Below, piece by piece: positions 28,418 to 37,104 of a stretch of 47,557 nucleotides of DNA (within the stretch, counting starts at the first letter, position 1; the number at the start of each line of letters is the position of its first letter). The stretch is from Patescibacteria group bacterium (lineage in GTDB: Bacteria > Patescibacteriota > Minisyncoccia > Minisyncoccales > Staskawiczbacteraceae): positions 1-47,557 of the forward strand of contig JAHJTG010000005.1 in assembly GCA_018829965.1 (NCBI GenBank), written 5' to 3'. The translations under genes and the position numbers were made by a program. A model generated the notes under the pieces. That model was not told where the DNA came from. It was given only the letters and a program-made list of their open reading frames with translations, and ran no database searches.

Positions 28418-29566
28418 TTAATTAGTAGTTGGCGTTAAGATTTTCTTATACAAGGCAATCGTTTTCTCAATCATAACATCAGACCTAAATTGTTCCGCAG
28501 TTTCTTTCGCATTCAAAGATAAACGGCGCCGTAAAACAGCGTCTTTAATCAAAAGGCTTATCTTTTCCTCGGCCTCAGCAAGGGTGCGAACAATAAACCC
28601 ATTTTCTCCATCGCGAATAATCTCAGGAGCTACACCGACAGGAAAACTAATGGGAACCAAACGCTGTGACATTGCTTCAATCAAGCTTAAAGAAAATCCC
28701 TCATAGCGAGAAGTTAAAAGAACAACCCCTCCCGCATATCTGTTAAGCATATCGGGGATAGTATCTTTAACCGCATTTACAATAACGGAATGATTTGGAA
28801 TATTGTCTTTCATCCATCGAGTTAATTTTTTATTCCGCGACATTAACACCGAAAATTTATCAACTTCTGGAAACTTCTCAAAAAGACATATAAGACGATC
28901 AACTCCTTTCAATTTTAGCGTAAATGAGTCTTCCCCAATTCTACCTAAGAAAATAAGGGATGGCTTATTATTAAAATCTGCATCTAGGGTTTCAAACCAA
29001 TAATCCTCTATTGCATTATGAATAACTTCAATTTTCTCAATTGCGATACCTACTCCAACAAGATCATCTTTCACTATATTAGACGTAGCTATAACATAAT
29101 TTGTATGTTCTGCTGCATATTTTTCAATGGAAGCAATATCATTTAACGGACGACGTGTCTTTATATTAAGCTCACGAATCGCACCAGATTGTTTTAAACG
29201 GAGAAAAACATCATTACATTCCTTCTCTAAAAGACCTGTTTTCGGAACAGCTCGTAGAAAACCTGTGGTGGTTGAACCAAAATGCGACACTACTGGTTTA
29301 GAAAAACGAAGAAAAGCAAGTGGCGTATAAGTTGTTCCTTGAATAATATCGTGACGCAATACTTCGTCACGTCTTTCTAATAGAGAATAGAAGAAAAGAA
29401 TATTGTTAATACCTTTGAAATGAGTAGGAGTATCATTGAGTAAGAATTGCGGGTAGAAATTATTCACCTCTACTTCTTTCTCTCTCAATTTACCGGCGAT
29501 AAGATCGTTAATAAAGTGGGCACCGGAACCTATCTTTTTATCACTATGAATAAATGCTATTTTCAT
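28418..29566 (-). CDS. Glycosyltransferase family 4 (cassette gene)
   Basis: TSRYEGFSLSLIEAM and EIIRDGENG; true start probably MKIAFIH at 29566. Confidence 0.9.
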   Translation of the reverse strand: MKIAFIHSDKKIGSGAHFINDLIAGKLREKEVEVNNFYPQFLLNDTPTHFKGINNILFFYSLLERRDEVLRHDIIQGTTYTPLAFLRFSKPVVSHFGSTTTGFLRAVPKTGLLEKECNDVFLRLKQSGAIRELNIKTRRPLNDIASIEKYAAEHTNYVIATSNIVKDDLVGVGIAIEKIEVIHNAIEDYWFETLDADFNNKPSLIFLGRIGEDSFTLKLKGVDRLICLFEKFPEVDKFSVLMSRNKKLTRWMKDNIPNHSVIVNAVKDTIPDMLNRYAGGVVLLTSRYEGFSLSLIEAMSQRLVPISFPVGVAPEIIRDGENGFIVRTLAEAEEKISLLIKDAVLRRRLSLNAKETAEQFRSDVMIEKTIALYKKILTPTTN

Positions 29567-29606
29567 AAATTTACTACGTGATGAATAGCCTAGGACCTCT
29601 TTCTTA

Positions 29607-29649
29607 TTTTTTATCTTATCAAAAAACCACCTCAATTAAAAGGCTGGTG
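29607..29649 (-). terminator. Cassette hairpin repeat, copy 3
   Basis: TTTTTTATCTTATCAAAAAACCACCTCAATTAAAAGG, nearly identical to 84-120. Confidence 0.75.
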
Positions 29650-29701
29650 AGGTGGGACGTCCGCCAAAGGACGGATCTCGCCTAAGGCGGAAACTTAAAA
29701 C
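29642..29701. repeat. att-like repeat with a 32-bp palindromic insertion (29660-29691)
   Basis: GTGGGACG[TCCGCCAAAGGACGGATCTCGCCTAAGGCGGA]AACTTAAAAC. Confidence 0.8.
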
Positions 29702-29723
29702 TTTTACCATAAAATCGTGTCCG

Positions 29724-30692
29724 TTATTTTAAAAAGTCTTCTACTTTTTGCCTTGCTTCAGACGAATTTTTGACTTTCATAAGACTCTCTCTAAGATCTT
29801 TAGCGCCTTTAAATCCCTTTGCATATTCATGGAAATGTTTTTTCATGCTATCAAACTGCTTACAACAGCCATCTTTTCCAATATCTTTTTTATAAAAATC
29901 GTCAAAAATTTCAGCGTGTTCAATAATAGCATTCAGTCGTTCTAAAATAGACGGGTAATGTCCGGAAAAAAACCAAGGATTTCCTAAAACGCCTCTTCCG
30001 ATCATAATACCGTCTAATCCTGTTTTTTCTACTAATTGACGAGCTTCTGCAATCGACCTTACATCACCGTTTCCTAAAATTAACGTCTCGGGCGCATAGC
30101 GGTCCCTGAGCCTTACAATCTCCTCTGCTAATTCCCAATTGGCAGGAACCCTATACTTTTCATTCCTAGTACGAAAATGTACAGTCAATGCAGCGATATT
30201 TTCCTTAAGAAGGGTAGGAATCCATTCGTCAATTTGTTTCTTCGCATATCCAATGCGCGTTTTTACCGAAACAGGAAGTTTCCCCGCCTCTTTTTTTGTC
30301 GCCCTAATAATCTCTTTTGCTAAACCAGGGCTTTTAATTAATGCTGCACCCCCTCCCTTTTTTTCTATATCTCTATTGGGACAACCCATATTAATATCAA
30401 TGCCATCAAACCCAAGCCCTGCGATCATCTCCGCTGCTTTTTCAAACTGAAGAGGATTTGACCCAAAGACTTGAACGACTATGGGGTGTTCTGCTGGAAA
30501 AAACTTTAAAATTTTTAGGCAGTGTTCTCTACCCTTAGAAAACAAACCGTCTGTTGAGACAAATTCCGTCCAAAAAACACTAGGCCTGCCATATTTCAAA
30601 AACATCAACCGAAACGCTTCGTCAGTTATGCCTGACATAGGCGCCACAACCATAATCGGTTTTTTTAACTTTTTCCAAAAACCAAGTTTCAT
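29724..30692 (-). CDS. tRNA-dihydrouridine synthase (DusB-like; cassette gene)
   Basis: APMSGITD, DINMGCP, SVKTRIG, GNGDV and MIGRG motifs. Confidence 0.92.
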   Translation of the reverse strand: MKLGFWKKLKKPIMVVAPMSGITDEAFRLMFLKYGRPSVFWTEFVSTDGLFSKGREHCLKILKFFPAEHPIVVQVFGSNPLQFEKAAEMIAGLGFDGIDINMGCPNRDIEKKGGGAALIKSPGLAKEIIRATKKEAGKLPVSVKTRIGYAKKQIDEWIPTLLKENIAALTVHFRTRNEKYRVPANWELAEEIVRLRDRYAPETLILGNGDVRSIAEARQLVEKTGLDGIMIGRGVLGNPWFFSGHYPSILERLNAIIEHAEIFDDFYKKDIGKDGCCKQFDSMKKHFHEYAKGFKGAKDLRESLMKVKNSSEARQKVEDFLK

Positions 30693-30746
30693 AATTCTAA
30701 ACACTTTTTAAAAAAGAACGCCCAGTCTTTCAAATGGACGCTCAAC

Positions 30747-30808
30747 CAGCGGGCCAAGTGGGACGTCCGCCAAAGGACGGATCTCGCCCAAGGCGGAAAC
30801 TTGGAACC
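30747..30808. repeat. att-like repeat with a 32-bp palindromic insertion (30766-30797)
   Basis: CAGCGGGCCAAGTGGGACG[insert]AACTTGGAACC. Confidence 0.85.
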
Positions 30809-30836
30809 TTTTTCCTAAAATTCAAACTATCTGAGA

Positions 30837-31280
30837 CTATACAGAATAAAACTTATTAGACAAATAATTATTCAAAACTTCTTGAGATGGTTGAAAAATT
30901 GGTTTTGGCAAACTACTTAATTCAAACCAACGCCATTCAGTGATTTCATCTGGTTCTTTTATCTCTGGCTCGCCACTAAAATCTTCGCATAAAAATCCGA
31001 CAGTAATGAAATGGGCATCAGAAACAATATTATTAGACAAACTGATAACTTCCATTTTATTAACTTGCATCCCCGTTTCTTCTAAAACTTCCCTTTCCGC
31101 TCCCTGTTCAAAGGTTTCTCCAAAGTGGAGTTTTCCACCAGGCATAGTCCATGTTCCCTCACCATGCAAAGCGCTTGATGCTTTCTCTGGGTCATCATGC
31201 CTTTTTCCTAAAAGAATCTTTTTATCTTTTAGAAGCATAACTCCAAACCCAACACCTACTTTTTTATTTTGTTGATCCAT
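30837..31280 (-). CDS. Nudix hydrolase (cassette gene)
   Basis: Nudix box GGKLHFGETFEQGAEREVLEETG. Confidence 0.92.
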   Translation of the reverse strand: MDQQNKKVGVGFGVMLLKDKKILLGKRHDDPEKASSALHGEGTWTMPGGKLHFGETFEQGAEREVLEETGMQVNKMEVISLSNNIVSDAHFITVGFLCEDFSGEPEIKEPDEITEWRWFELSSLPKPIFQPSQEVLNNYLSNKFYSV

Positions 31281-31353
31281 ATAGTTTAATTTAAAAAATA
31301 ATAATTTGGTGGGGCTTCGTTATTATAACAATAAAATTTATAAATAATTCCTT

Positions 31354-31382
31354 AGTGGGGCAAGTGGGACGAACTTGGAACC
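31354..31382. repeat. att-like repeat
   Basis: AGTGGGGCAAGTGGGACGAACTTGGAACC. Confidence 0.85.
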
Positions 31383-31410
31383 TTTTTTCTAAAATCTTGC
31401 TCGGATAATT

Positions 31411-31827
31411 TTATTTCATATAATCCCTCATTTTTTTAACTATATCTTTAACTTCCAAAAATACCTCATCGTTAACCATGTTTTCCTTTGCGTGGTTAAT
31501 TATCGGCCTAATTGATTCAACTTTATTACCAAATTTATTCATCCATTCATATCTTGGAAAAATCCATAAGTGGAAACCATGTCGTGACCCTTCGTCTTGA
31601 TAAAGACAAACTGTTTTGATACCCAACACATCTTTCATCCCCTTTCTTAACTTCCTAGTTAAATAAAGAAATTCATTCGCTTCTTTTTCATCAAATTCAT
31701 CTAAAGATACTCTATTTTTTATTGAGGCAACAATAAAAAAACCGGGGATAGGAACTTCCCAATCTTGATGAATATCAAAATAATCAGTGACAATTATTTT
31801 TTCATTTGGAAAAAATTGTTCTTCCAT
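31411..31827 (-). CDS. HIT-like protein (cassette gene)
   Basis: QDWEVPIPGFFIV and HGFHLWIFPRY. Confidence 0.75.
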   Translation of the reverse strand: MEEQFFPNEKIIVTDYFDIHQDWEVPIPGFFIVASIKNRVSLDEFDEKEANEFLYLTRKLRKGMKDVLGIKTVCLYQDEGSRHGFHLWIFPRYEWMNKFGNKVESIRPIINHAKENMVNDEVFLEVKDIVKKMRDYMK

Positions 31828-31837
31828 ATTTCAATTC

Positions 31838-31870
31838 TATCAAAAAACCACCTCAATTAAAAGGTGGTTC
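31838..31870 (-). terminator. Cassette hairpin repeat, copy 4, abutting extended -10 TGATAGAAT
   Basis: TATCAAAAAACCACCTCAATTAAAAGGTGGTTC. Confidence 0.8.
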
Positions 31871-31883
31871 CATAATCTTTAAA

Positions 31884-31913
31884 AAGCGGGCAAGATGGGA
31901 CGAACTTGGAACC
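31884..31913. repeat. att-like repeat
   Basis: AAGCGGGCAAGATGGGACGAACTTGGAACC versus tRNA-Ser end AAGCGGAGAGAGTGGGACTCGAACC. Confidence 0.85.
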
Positions 31914-32002
31914 TTTTTCCTAAAGCCTTACACTGATATCCCAAACTTAAGTCCCGCAAATATGGATTAAATATATCAAATTTTAGATTATTTCACAATT
32001 AT

Positions 32003-33028
32003 TTAATTTTTTATTATTTTCTCTAAATTATTCTTAAATTTCTTATGTGATAACAGTCTTATAACCGTTGAAAAGAACAGCCCCTTTAAAAATGGACTTC
32101 TTAGGAAAAACATATATTTTTCCTGATTTCTCTTTTTTGTAGTCCATTTTTCTATTAAATTTGACCCTCTTATACTGATACTGAGAATATCTTTTGCTAC
32201 CTGTTTCCCAGATAAAAAGGCGGAATTTATCCCCTTGCCCAAAATGCCAGAAGTTAGCCCAGAGGCATCCCCTACTAAAAAGATATTTCCAAACTTATAA
32301 CCCCTGTAATCATAGTTAATCAAAGCTCCCTCAAATTTAGCTCCTGTCATATCAAAATTATTATTCTTTAGCCAAAGGTCAAAATTATCTTTTAGCATCG
32401 GCGGTTTTATAAACCTCAAATCGCTCCCGCAACCGATAGAGGTATAATCAACATTAGGGAATATCCACAAATAGCCCGTGCCAAAAAGTTTGGCATCTAA
32501 ATAAACCTTAAACCCGTCTAATCTCTTTGGAATAATATATTGAATTGCAATTTCCATTTTTTTTATCGTTAACCCAAGAAATCTTCTAACCATAGAGTCC
32601 GAACCGTCTGCACCAACCAAAAATTTGAATTGAAGTTTCTCTCCGCTATTTAGCTTTAACGAATTATCAGAAAATATCTCCGAAACCGATGAACCGAATA
32701 AGAAACTGACATTTGGAAATTTTTTAAGACTTTCTAATCGGTGATTTAATATTTTTTCTCTGTTAACGGTTGAAATAATTCCACCATTATTTGGGAATGA
32801 TACCACTTTATTTTTATAATGAATTTTAACTTTTTGAAAATCAAAGTTTATAAGGTCTTTGGATATATAATCTAAGTCATTAATGATAACTCCCTCTGCA
32901 CATATTTTCCTTGAGATTTGTTTCTTCCTTTCAATTACAAGAATAGTTAAACCTGAATCCGCTAAATTTTTGGCGCATTCTAAACCAGCAATTCCAGAAC
33001 CAACAATAATTACATCATAATTTTTCAT
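32003..33028 (-). CDS. FAD-dependent oxidoreductase, geranylgeranyl reductase-like (cassette gene)
   Basis: GSGIAG, GADG, GYLWIFP and LVGDASG motifs. Confidence 0.88.
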   Translation of the reverse strand: MKNYDVIIVGSGIAGLECAKNLADSGLTILVIERKKQISRKICAEGVIINDLDYISKDLINFDFQKVKIHYKNKVVSFPNNGGIISTVNREKILNHRLESLKKFPNVSFLFGSSVSEIFSDNSLKLNSGEKLQFKFLVGADGSDSMVRRFLGLTIKKMEIAIQYIIPKRLDGFKVYLDAKLFGTGYLWIFPNVDYTSIGCGSDLRFIKPPMLKDNFDLWLKNNNFDMTGAKFEGALINYDYRGYKFGNIFLVGDASGLTSGILGKGINSAFLSGKQVAKDILSISIRGSNLIEKWTTKKRNQEKYMFFLRSPFLKGLFFSTVIRLLSHKKFKNNLEKIIKN

Positions 33029-33075
33029 ATTCTATAATTCTAACTAAAAATCGCCGAAAAGGCGATTTTAAAAAG

Positions 33076-33159
33076 CGGAGAGAGTGGGACTCGAACCCAC
33101 AAGCCCTTACGGGCGCACGCTTTCCAAGCGTGTTCCTTACCAATTCGGAGCATCTCTCC
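33076..33159 (-). tRNA. tRNA-Ser(GGA)
   Basis: GGAGAGA/TCTCTCC stem, CACGC-TT-GGA-AA-GCGTG, long variable arm, GGTTCGAGTCC. Confidence 0.96.
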
Positions 33160-34179
33160 TTAATTATATTTCTGCTTTAAAAAACTCTTTAATCTATGTT
33201 TATGATATAGGTTACTAAATCCCACTTCTTCGGCATAACGATAAACTTCTGATTCCCTGTAAAGATTTACTCCTTTGAAAAAAATTTTGGGATGAAAATT
33301 TAATGTTTTTAATGCTTTATATACAAATTTCAAAATTGGCGTTGAACGATTTGAAAAATTAAGCCCAATATTTAAACAATCACATCCATTAATTCTATGT
33401 TTATGAAGATAGACGCAACCGTCTGTATCTATTAAACCACGAAGGCAATGTTTAGAAAAATTCTTATTTACTTTAATCCAACGTGGGACATCAACTTGTT
33501 GTCTTACCTTATTGCCTATCTTAAGCCCTTTAGCCAATAAAAAATCAATAAAGGATGTACTGAAAATAGTTATGCGTCCAACATTTTTATGACTTCCGTG
33601 ATCGCTGTAATAAACCACCGGACTTATTGAAAACAAATTTTTAATTAAATCACATACAAATAGTATATATTCTTTAGAATCTTCTTTGTGTAAGGTTATC
33701 GCCGCCTGCGTCTTACTGCTAACACCACCATCTCCGAGCATGATACCAATAAACTCCGCTAAATTAATGCTATTTTTAGGCTCAGAAATGATCTTAGGCA
33801 AATTACAATTAGGATAAAGCTTAGGATAAAGCCTTCTTTTCTCCTGCGAGACTAATCCGCCTTTTCTCCGACCCATCGGCGTACCGGGACCTCCATATTT
33901 TTTTGCAACAATAAGTCCTCCCTTTTTACCAGCTTTAACTGTGCTCCAAAAATCAGGCAAAAGTTTATATTCAGGAACTTTGATTTTGTCTTTTGCTAAT
34001 TTCAAAAAAATCCTAAAAGCGTCTTCCGAAATAGTGGATTTTGCTTTTCGCCAATCTAAAATAGTTCTAGAACAAACTTTCGCTTGTTCGCCTAAAGTCG
34101 CCCAGCTCAATTCTGCCTTATGATAGAGATCGTAAAAAAATTCAACTTGACCTTTCTTTTTAATCTTTACTCGTGGCAT
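33160..34179 (-). CDS. Free-standing LAGLIDADG-family protein with N-terminal HTH and KGG repeats
   Basis: LAEFIGIMLGDG and CLRGLIDTDG motifs. Confidence 0.85.
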   Translation of the reverse strand: MPRVKIKKKGQVEFFYDLYHKAELSWATLGEQAKVCSRTILDWRKAKSTISEDAFRIFLKLAKDKIKVPEYKLLPDFWSTVKAGKKGGLIVAKKYGGPGTPMGRRKGGLVSQEKRRLYPKLYPNCNLPKIISEPKNSINLAEFIGIMLGDGGVSSKTQAAITLHKEDSKEYILFVCDLIKNLFSISPVVYYSDHGSHKNVGRITIFSTSFIDFLLAKGLKIGNKVRQQVDVPRWIKVNKNFSKHCLRGLIDTDGCVYLHKHRINGCDCLNIGLNFSNRSTPILKFVYKALKTLNFHPKIFFKGVNLYRESEVYRYAEEVGFSNLYHKHRLKSFLKQKYN

Positions 34180-34231
34180 ATGCTCTTATTATAGCATATT
34201 TTAATTAGCCACTCAAACACCCCTCCAAACC

Positions 34232-35131
34232 TTAAACTCTCATATCACGTAACGCCTTTATTCTCTCCTCTATTGGAGGATGCGTTGAAAACATTCTTAC
34301 AAACCAATCTCTTGCCTGCTTTCCTTTGAACGGCGAGGATATAAAAAGATGGTTAGTAGAATTACTAGCTACTCTTAATGGAACAGAATCTTGAGAAATC
34401 TTTTCTAAAGCTTTAGCTAATCCTTCAGGATACCTTGTTAAAAGCGCGCCTGATGCATCAGCTAAGAACTCTCTTTTACGAGAAATAGCTAATTTTATCA
34501 AATTAGCAGCAATTGGAGCTAAAATAGCAGCGAGCACTGTTAATACTAATAACGCAGAACCTCCTTTGTTATTATTAGAACTACCACGCCTGCTTCTAAA
34601 CCCTATCCTTAAAAACATATTAGACAACATTGCAATAATACCAACCAAAATTACTATTACTGTTCCCAACAGCATATCTCTATTACCAATATGAGCAAGC
34701 TCGTGAGCAATAACACCTTCTAATTCTATCTTTTCTAATTTATTTAAAAGCCCTCTTGTCACAACCACAACAGCATGTTTTGCATCCCGGCCAGTAGTAA
34801 AAGCGTTTATTTGCTGTTCCTCAATAATAAATATTCTAGGGATAGGCAAACCTGCTGTAATGCATAGGTTTTCTACTATATGGTAAAGCCCTGGATTATC
34901 ATCGTGTTTTATAAGAACAGCTTTTGTCATTGCTAAAACAATTTTGTCAGAATACCAATAGCTGCTAATGCTAGTAATAAAACTAAAAATTACAGCGAAT
35001 ATCAAAATCGCTGGGTTGTCCCAGACATAACTAAAAAGCCAACCCAAACCAATTATAAAGATCAAAAAGCCAGTTATCAAAAACCATGTCTTCCTTATAT
35101 TGGAATCCGCTTGCGTATATAGTGTAGCCAT
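34232..35131 (-). CDS. htpX: HtpX family M48 zinc metalloprotease
   Basis: AHELAH, SRKREFLAD and STHPP; adjacent to lemA. Confidence 0.93.
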   Translation of the reverse strand: MATLYTQADSNIRKTWFLITGFLIFIIGLGWLFSYVWDNPAILIFAVIFSFITSISSYWYSDKIVLAMTKAVLIKHDDNPGLYHIVENLCITAGLPIPRIFIIEEQQINAFTTGRDAKHAVVVVTRGLLNKLEKIELEGVIAHELAHIGNRDMLLGTVIVILVGIIAMLSNMFLRIGFRSRRGSSNNNKGGSALLVLTVLAAILAPIAANLIKLAISRKREFLADASGALLTRYPEGLAKALEKISQDSVPLRVASNSTNHLFISSPFKGKQARDWFVRMFSTHPPIEERIKALRDMRV

Positions 35132-35140
35132 TGATAGAAA

Positions 35141-35695
35141 TTAAAACTTTACGTTGACCGCCTCTCTTTGAGACGCTTCTGCTATTTCAAATAATTCCAT
35201 TTGTTTGAAACTAAAAGCAGACGCAAGAATATTTGTCGGAAAACTTTCTATCTTAGTGTTTAATCCCATAACATTTGTGTTATAGAATCTTCGAGCTGCT
35301 TGAATTTTATCTTCTGTATCTGTGAGTTCTTTTTGTAATTCTAAAAAATTAACTGACGCTTTTAAATCAGGATAATTTTCTGATACAGCAAACAAGCTTT
35401 TTAGAGTGCTTGACAAAGCATTCTCGGCAGAAGCTTTTTCTTTCATTCCTTGAGCTCCGATTGCATTAGCTCTGGCCTGGGTAACCTTTTCAAAAAGCTC
35501 TCTTTCGTGCGACGCATAACCTTTTACCGCCTCCACTAAATTAGGAATTAAATCATATCTTCTTTTTAATTGGACATCAATATCAGCCCAAGCTTCTTTT
35601 GTTCTGTTTCTTGAACGGATTAAACCATTATATATCGCTATTACCCATAGGATTAGAACGACTATAATGATTAAGATAATGTATAGATAGTTCAT
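35141..35695 (-). CDS. lemA: LemA family protein
   Basis: IDVQLKRRYDLIPNLV and ENYPDLKA. Confidence 0.95.
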   Translation of the reverse strand: MNYLYIILIIIVVLILWVIAIYNGLIRSRNRTKEAWADIDVQLKRRYDLIPNLVEAVKGYASHERELFEKVTQARANAIGAQGMKEKASAENALSSTLKSLFAVSENYPDLKASVNFLELQKELTDTEDKIQAARRFYNTNVMGLNTKIESFPTNILASAFSFKQMELFEIAEASQREAVNVKF

Positions 35696-35766
35696 GCTTT
35701 TTAATACTGCTAATTATTAAATCTTGCTCAGCAAAAGATAATAATTAAACAATAAATTAATTAATT

Positions 35767-36300
35767 TTATTTAAAAACCGCTGACCTTATTGTTTCTGCT
35801 ATGTATGGATGTTGGGTATATAGTTTATATCTAAGCATTTCTAAAAGAGTTAAGAAATCTAAAACCTCACTTCTTAATTTTTCCGGACCAAAAAAAATTT
35901 CGCCAAATTCCGTGGCTAAGTTTTTAGAAAAGTTATATAGGATTTCATAATCTGATTTCGCTTTTAGATATTTTATTATTTTTTTAAATTCTCCCCTATC
36001 TAACCAAATTCCTTTACACAAATTACAAAGGTCTACTCTGACTTTTGAATTATCATATTGAACCTCATAAAGAGGCATCCTGCATTGGGGACAAAGTATA
36101 TAGCCGCGAGAAATATCAAATTTCTTTATATCACGCCATAAATCAACATCTAACCAATTTAGCTTTGGGTCTTTCTTATCCTTTATTTGCCTTAATTCAT
36201 CATCATTAAACCAAGTACCAAAACATTTTGGACAGTAGTCCACTTCTATATTTGATAAAATGGCTTTTTCTAATGTTTTTTTACATTTAGGACAATCCAT
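35767..36300 (-). CDS. Tandem zf-TFIIB-like Zn-ribbon protein
   Basis: CPKC..VDYCPKCFGTWF..DEL and CPQC..VDLCNLCKGIWLDRGE. Confidence 0.85.
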   Translation of the reverse strand: MDCPKCKKTLEKAILSNIEVDYCPKCFGTWFNDDELRQIKDKKDPKLNWLDVDLWRDIKKFDISRGYILCPQCRMPLYEVQYDNSKVRVDLCNLCKGIWLDRGEFKKIIKYLKAKSDYEILYNFSKNLATEFGEIFFGPEKLRSEVLDFLTLLEMLRYKLYTQHPYIAETIRSAVFK

Positions 36301-36301
36301 A

Positions 36302-37078
36302 TTATTTTATTTCTTCAATAAATTCTTTTAATAATAAAGCGCTGAAAGCATTTTTCTTAAACTTTTTTATTGTTTTGTGCATATATGTATTACTTTCAAA
36401 CCAGACAATGCCGTCTATCACGGCAACGCCAACACAATTTTTATTATTTATCTGCGTAATCCTTAAAGCTCCGTCAAATTGATTATTTTGAGTTCCACCA
36501 TTATCAGTTAAAAATTTTGCCTCACCTAAAATAAACTTGTTTTTTACTTTTAATATAAAATCTGGGCGTCTGTTTAATCTTTTTATCCCTATTTCATTTT
36601 TTGCAAAATCTTTTAATTGGCTATCACTTCCTTTCAAAAAAGACACACTATTATATTTTTTAAATTCTTGCTTTGCTAAAAAAGGGATTTTTAGAGACGG
36701 CAACCAATTTTGGAAAATATTTCCAAATTGACGCGATGATGATTTTGGCTCTATAGCCATTTCAAAAATATCATCTATGCCTATCGATAATAACCTACTA
36801 CCGATACGTTGTATAGTTTTAGGATTTTTCTCCAATAAATTATGATATTTTCTTAAAGAGGCTATGTAGGGATCATTTATAGGAAACCTTGGAAGTTCTA
36901 ATAATTTTTTTATTAATTCTTTTTTATTTTTACTTTTAAAAGCACTCTCTATTTTTATCTTTAAGTCATTTGGAATATCGCGCTTTAAATTTAAACTCAC
37001 AGGATAAACCCTGAAAAGATCGTCTAAATATCCACGAGAATTAGCTAAGGTTATGCTTTTTTCAATCCATTTATTCAT
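36302..37078 (-). CDS. Type II restriction endonuclease (Tsp45I-like N-terminus)
   Basis: MNKWIEKSITLAN..YLD.LFRVYP; RPD...GEAKFLTD.GG.QN.Q. Confidence 0.7.
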   Translation of the reverse strand: MNKWIEKSITLANSRGYLDDLFRVYPVSLNLKRDIPNDLKIKIESAFKSKNKKELIKKLLELPRFPINDPYIASLRKYHNLLEKNPKTIQRIGSRLLSIGIDDIFEMAIEPKSSSRQFGNIFQNWLPSLKIPFLAKQEFKKYNSVSFLKGSDSQLKDFAKNEIGIKRLNRRPDFILKVKNKFILGEAKFLTDNGGTQNNQFDGALRITQINNKNCVGVAVIDGIVWFESNTYMHKTIKKFKKNAFSALLLKEFIEEIK

Positions 37079-37104
37079 ATTTTTTAACAAATTAATTTTC
37101 CCTG

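Noticed and set aside
29642-31913. CRISPR array or classical integron attC sites
   Set aside because: Spacers are 0.5-1.1 kb whole genes and there are no cas genes. The repeats lack the RYYYAAC...GTTRRRY palindromic attC structure, and I see no IntI-specific features in the tyrosine integrase.
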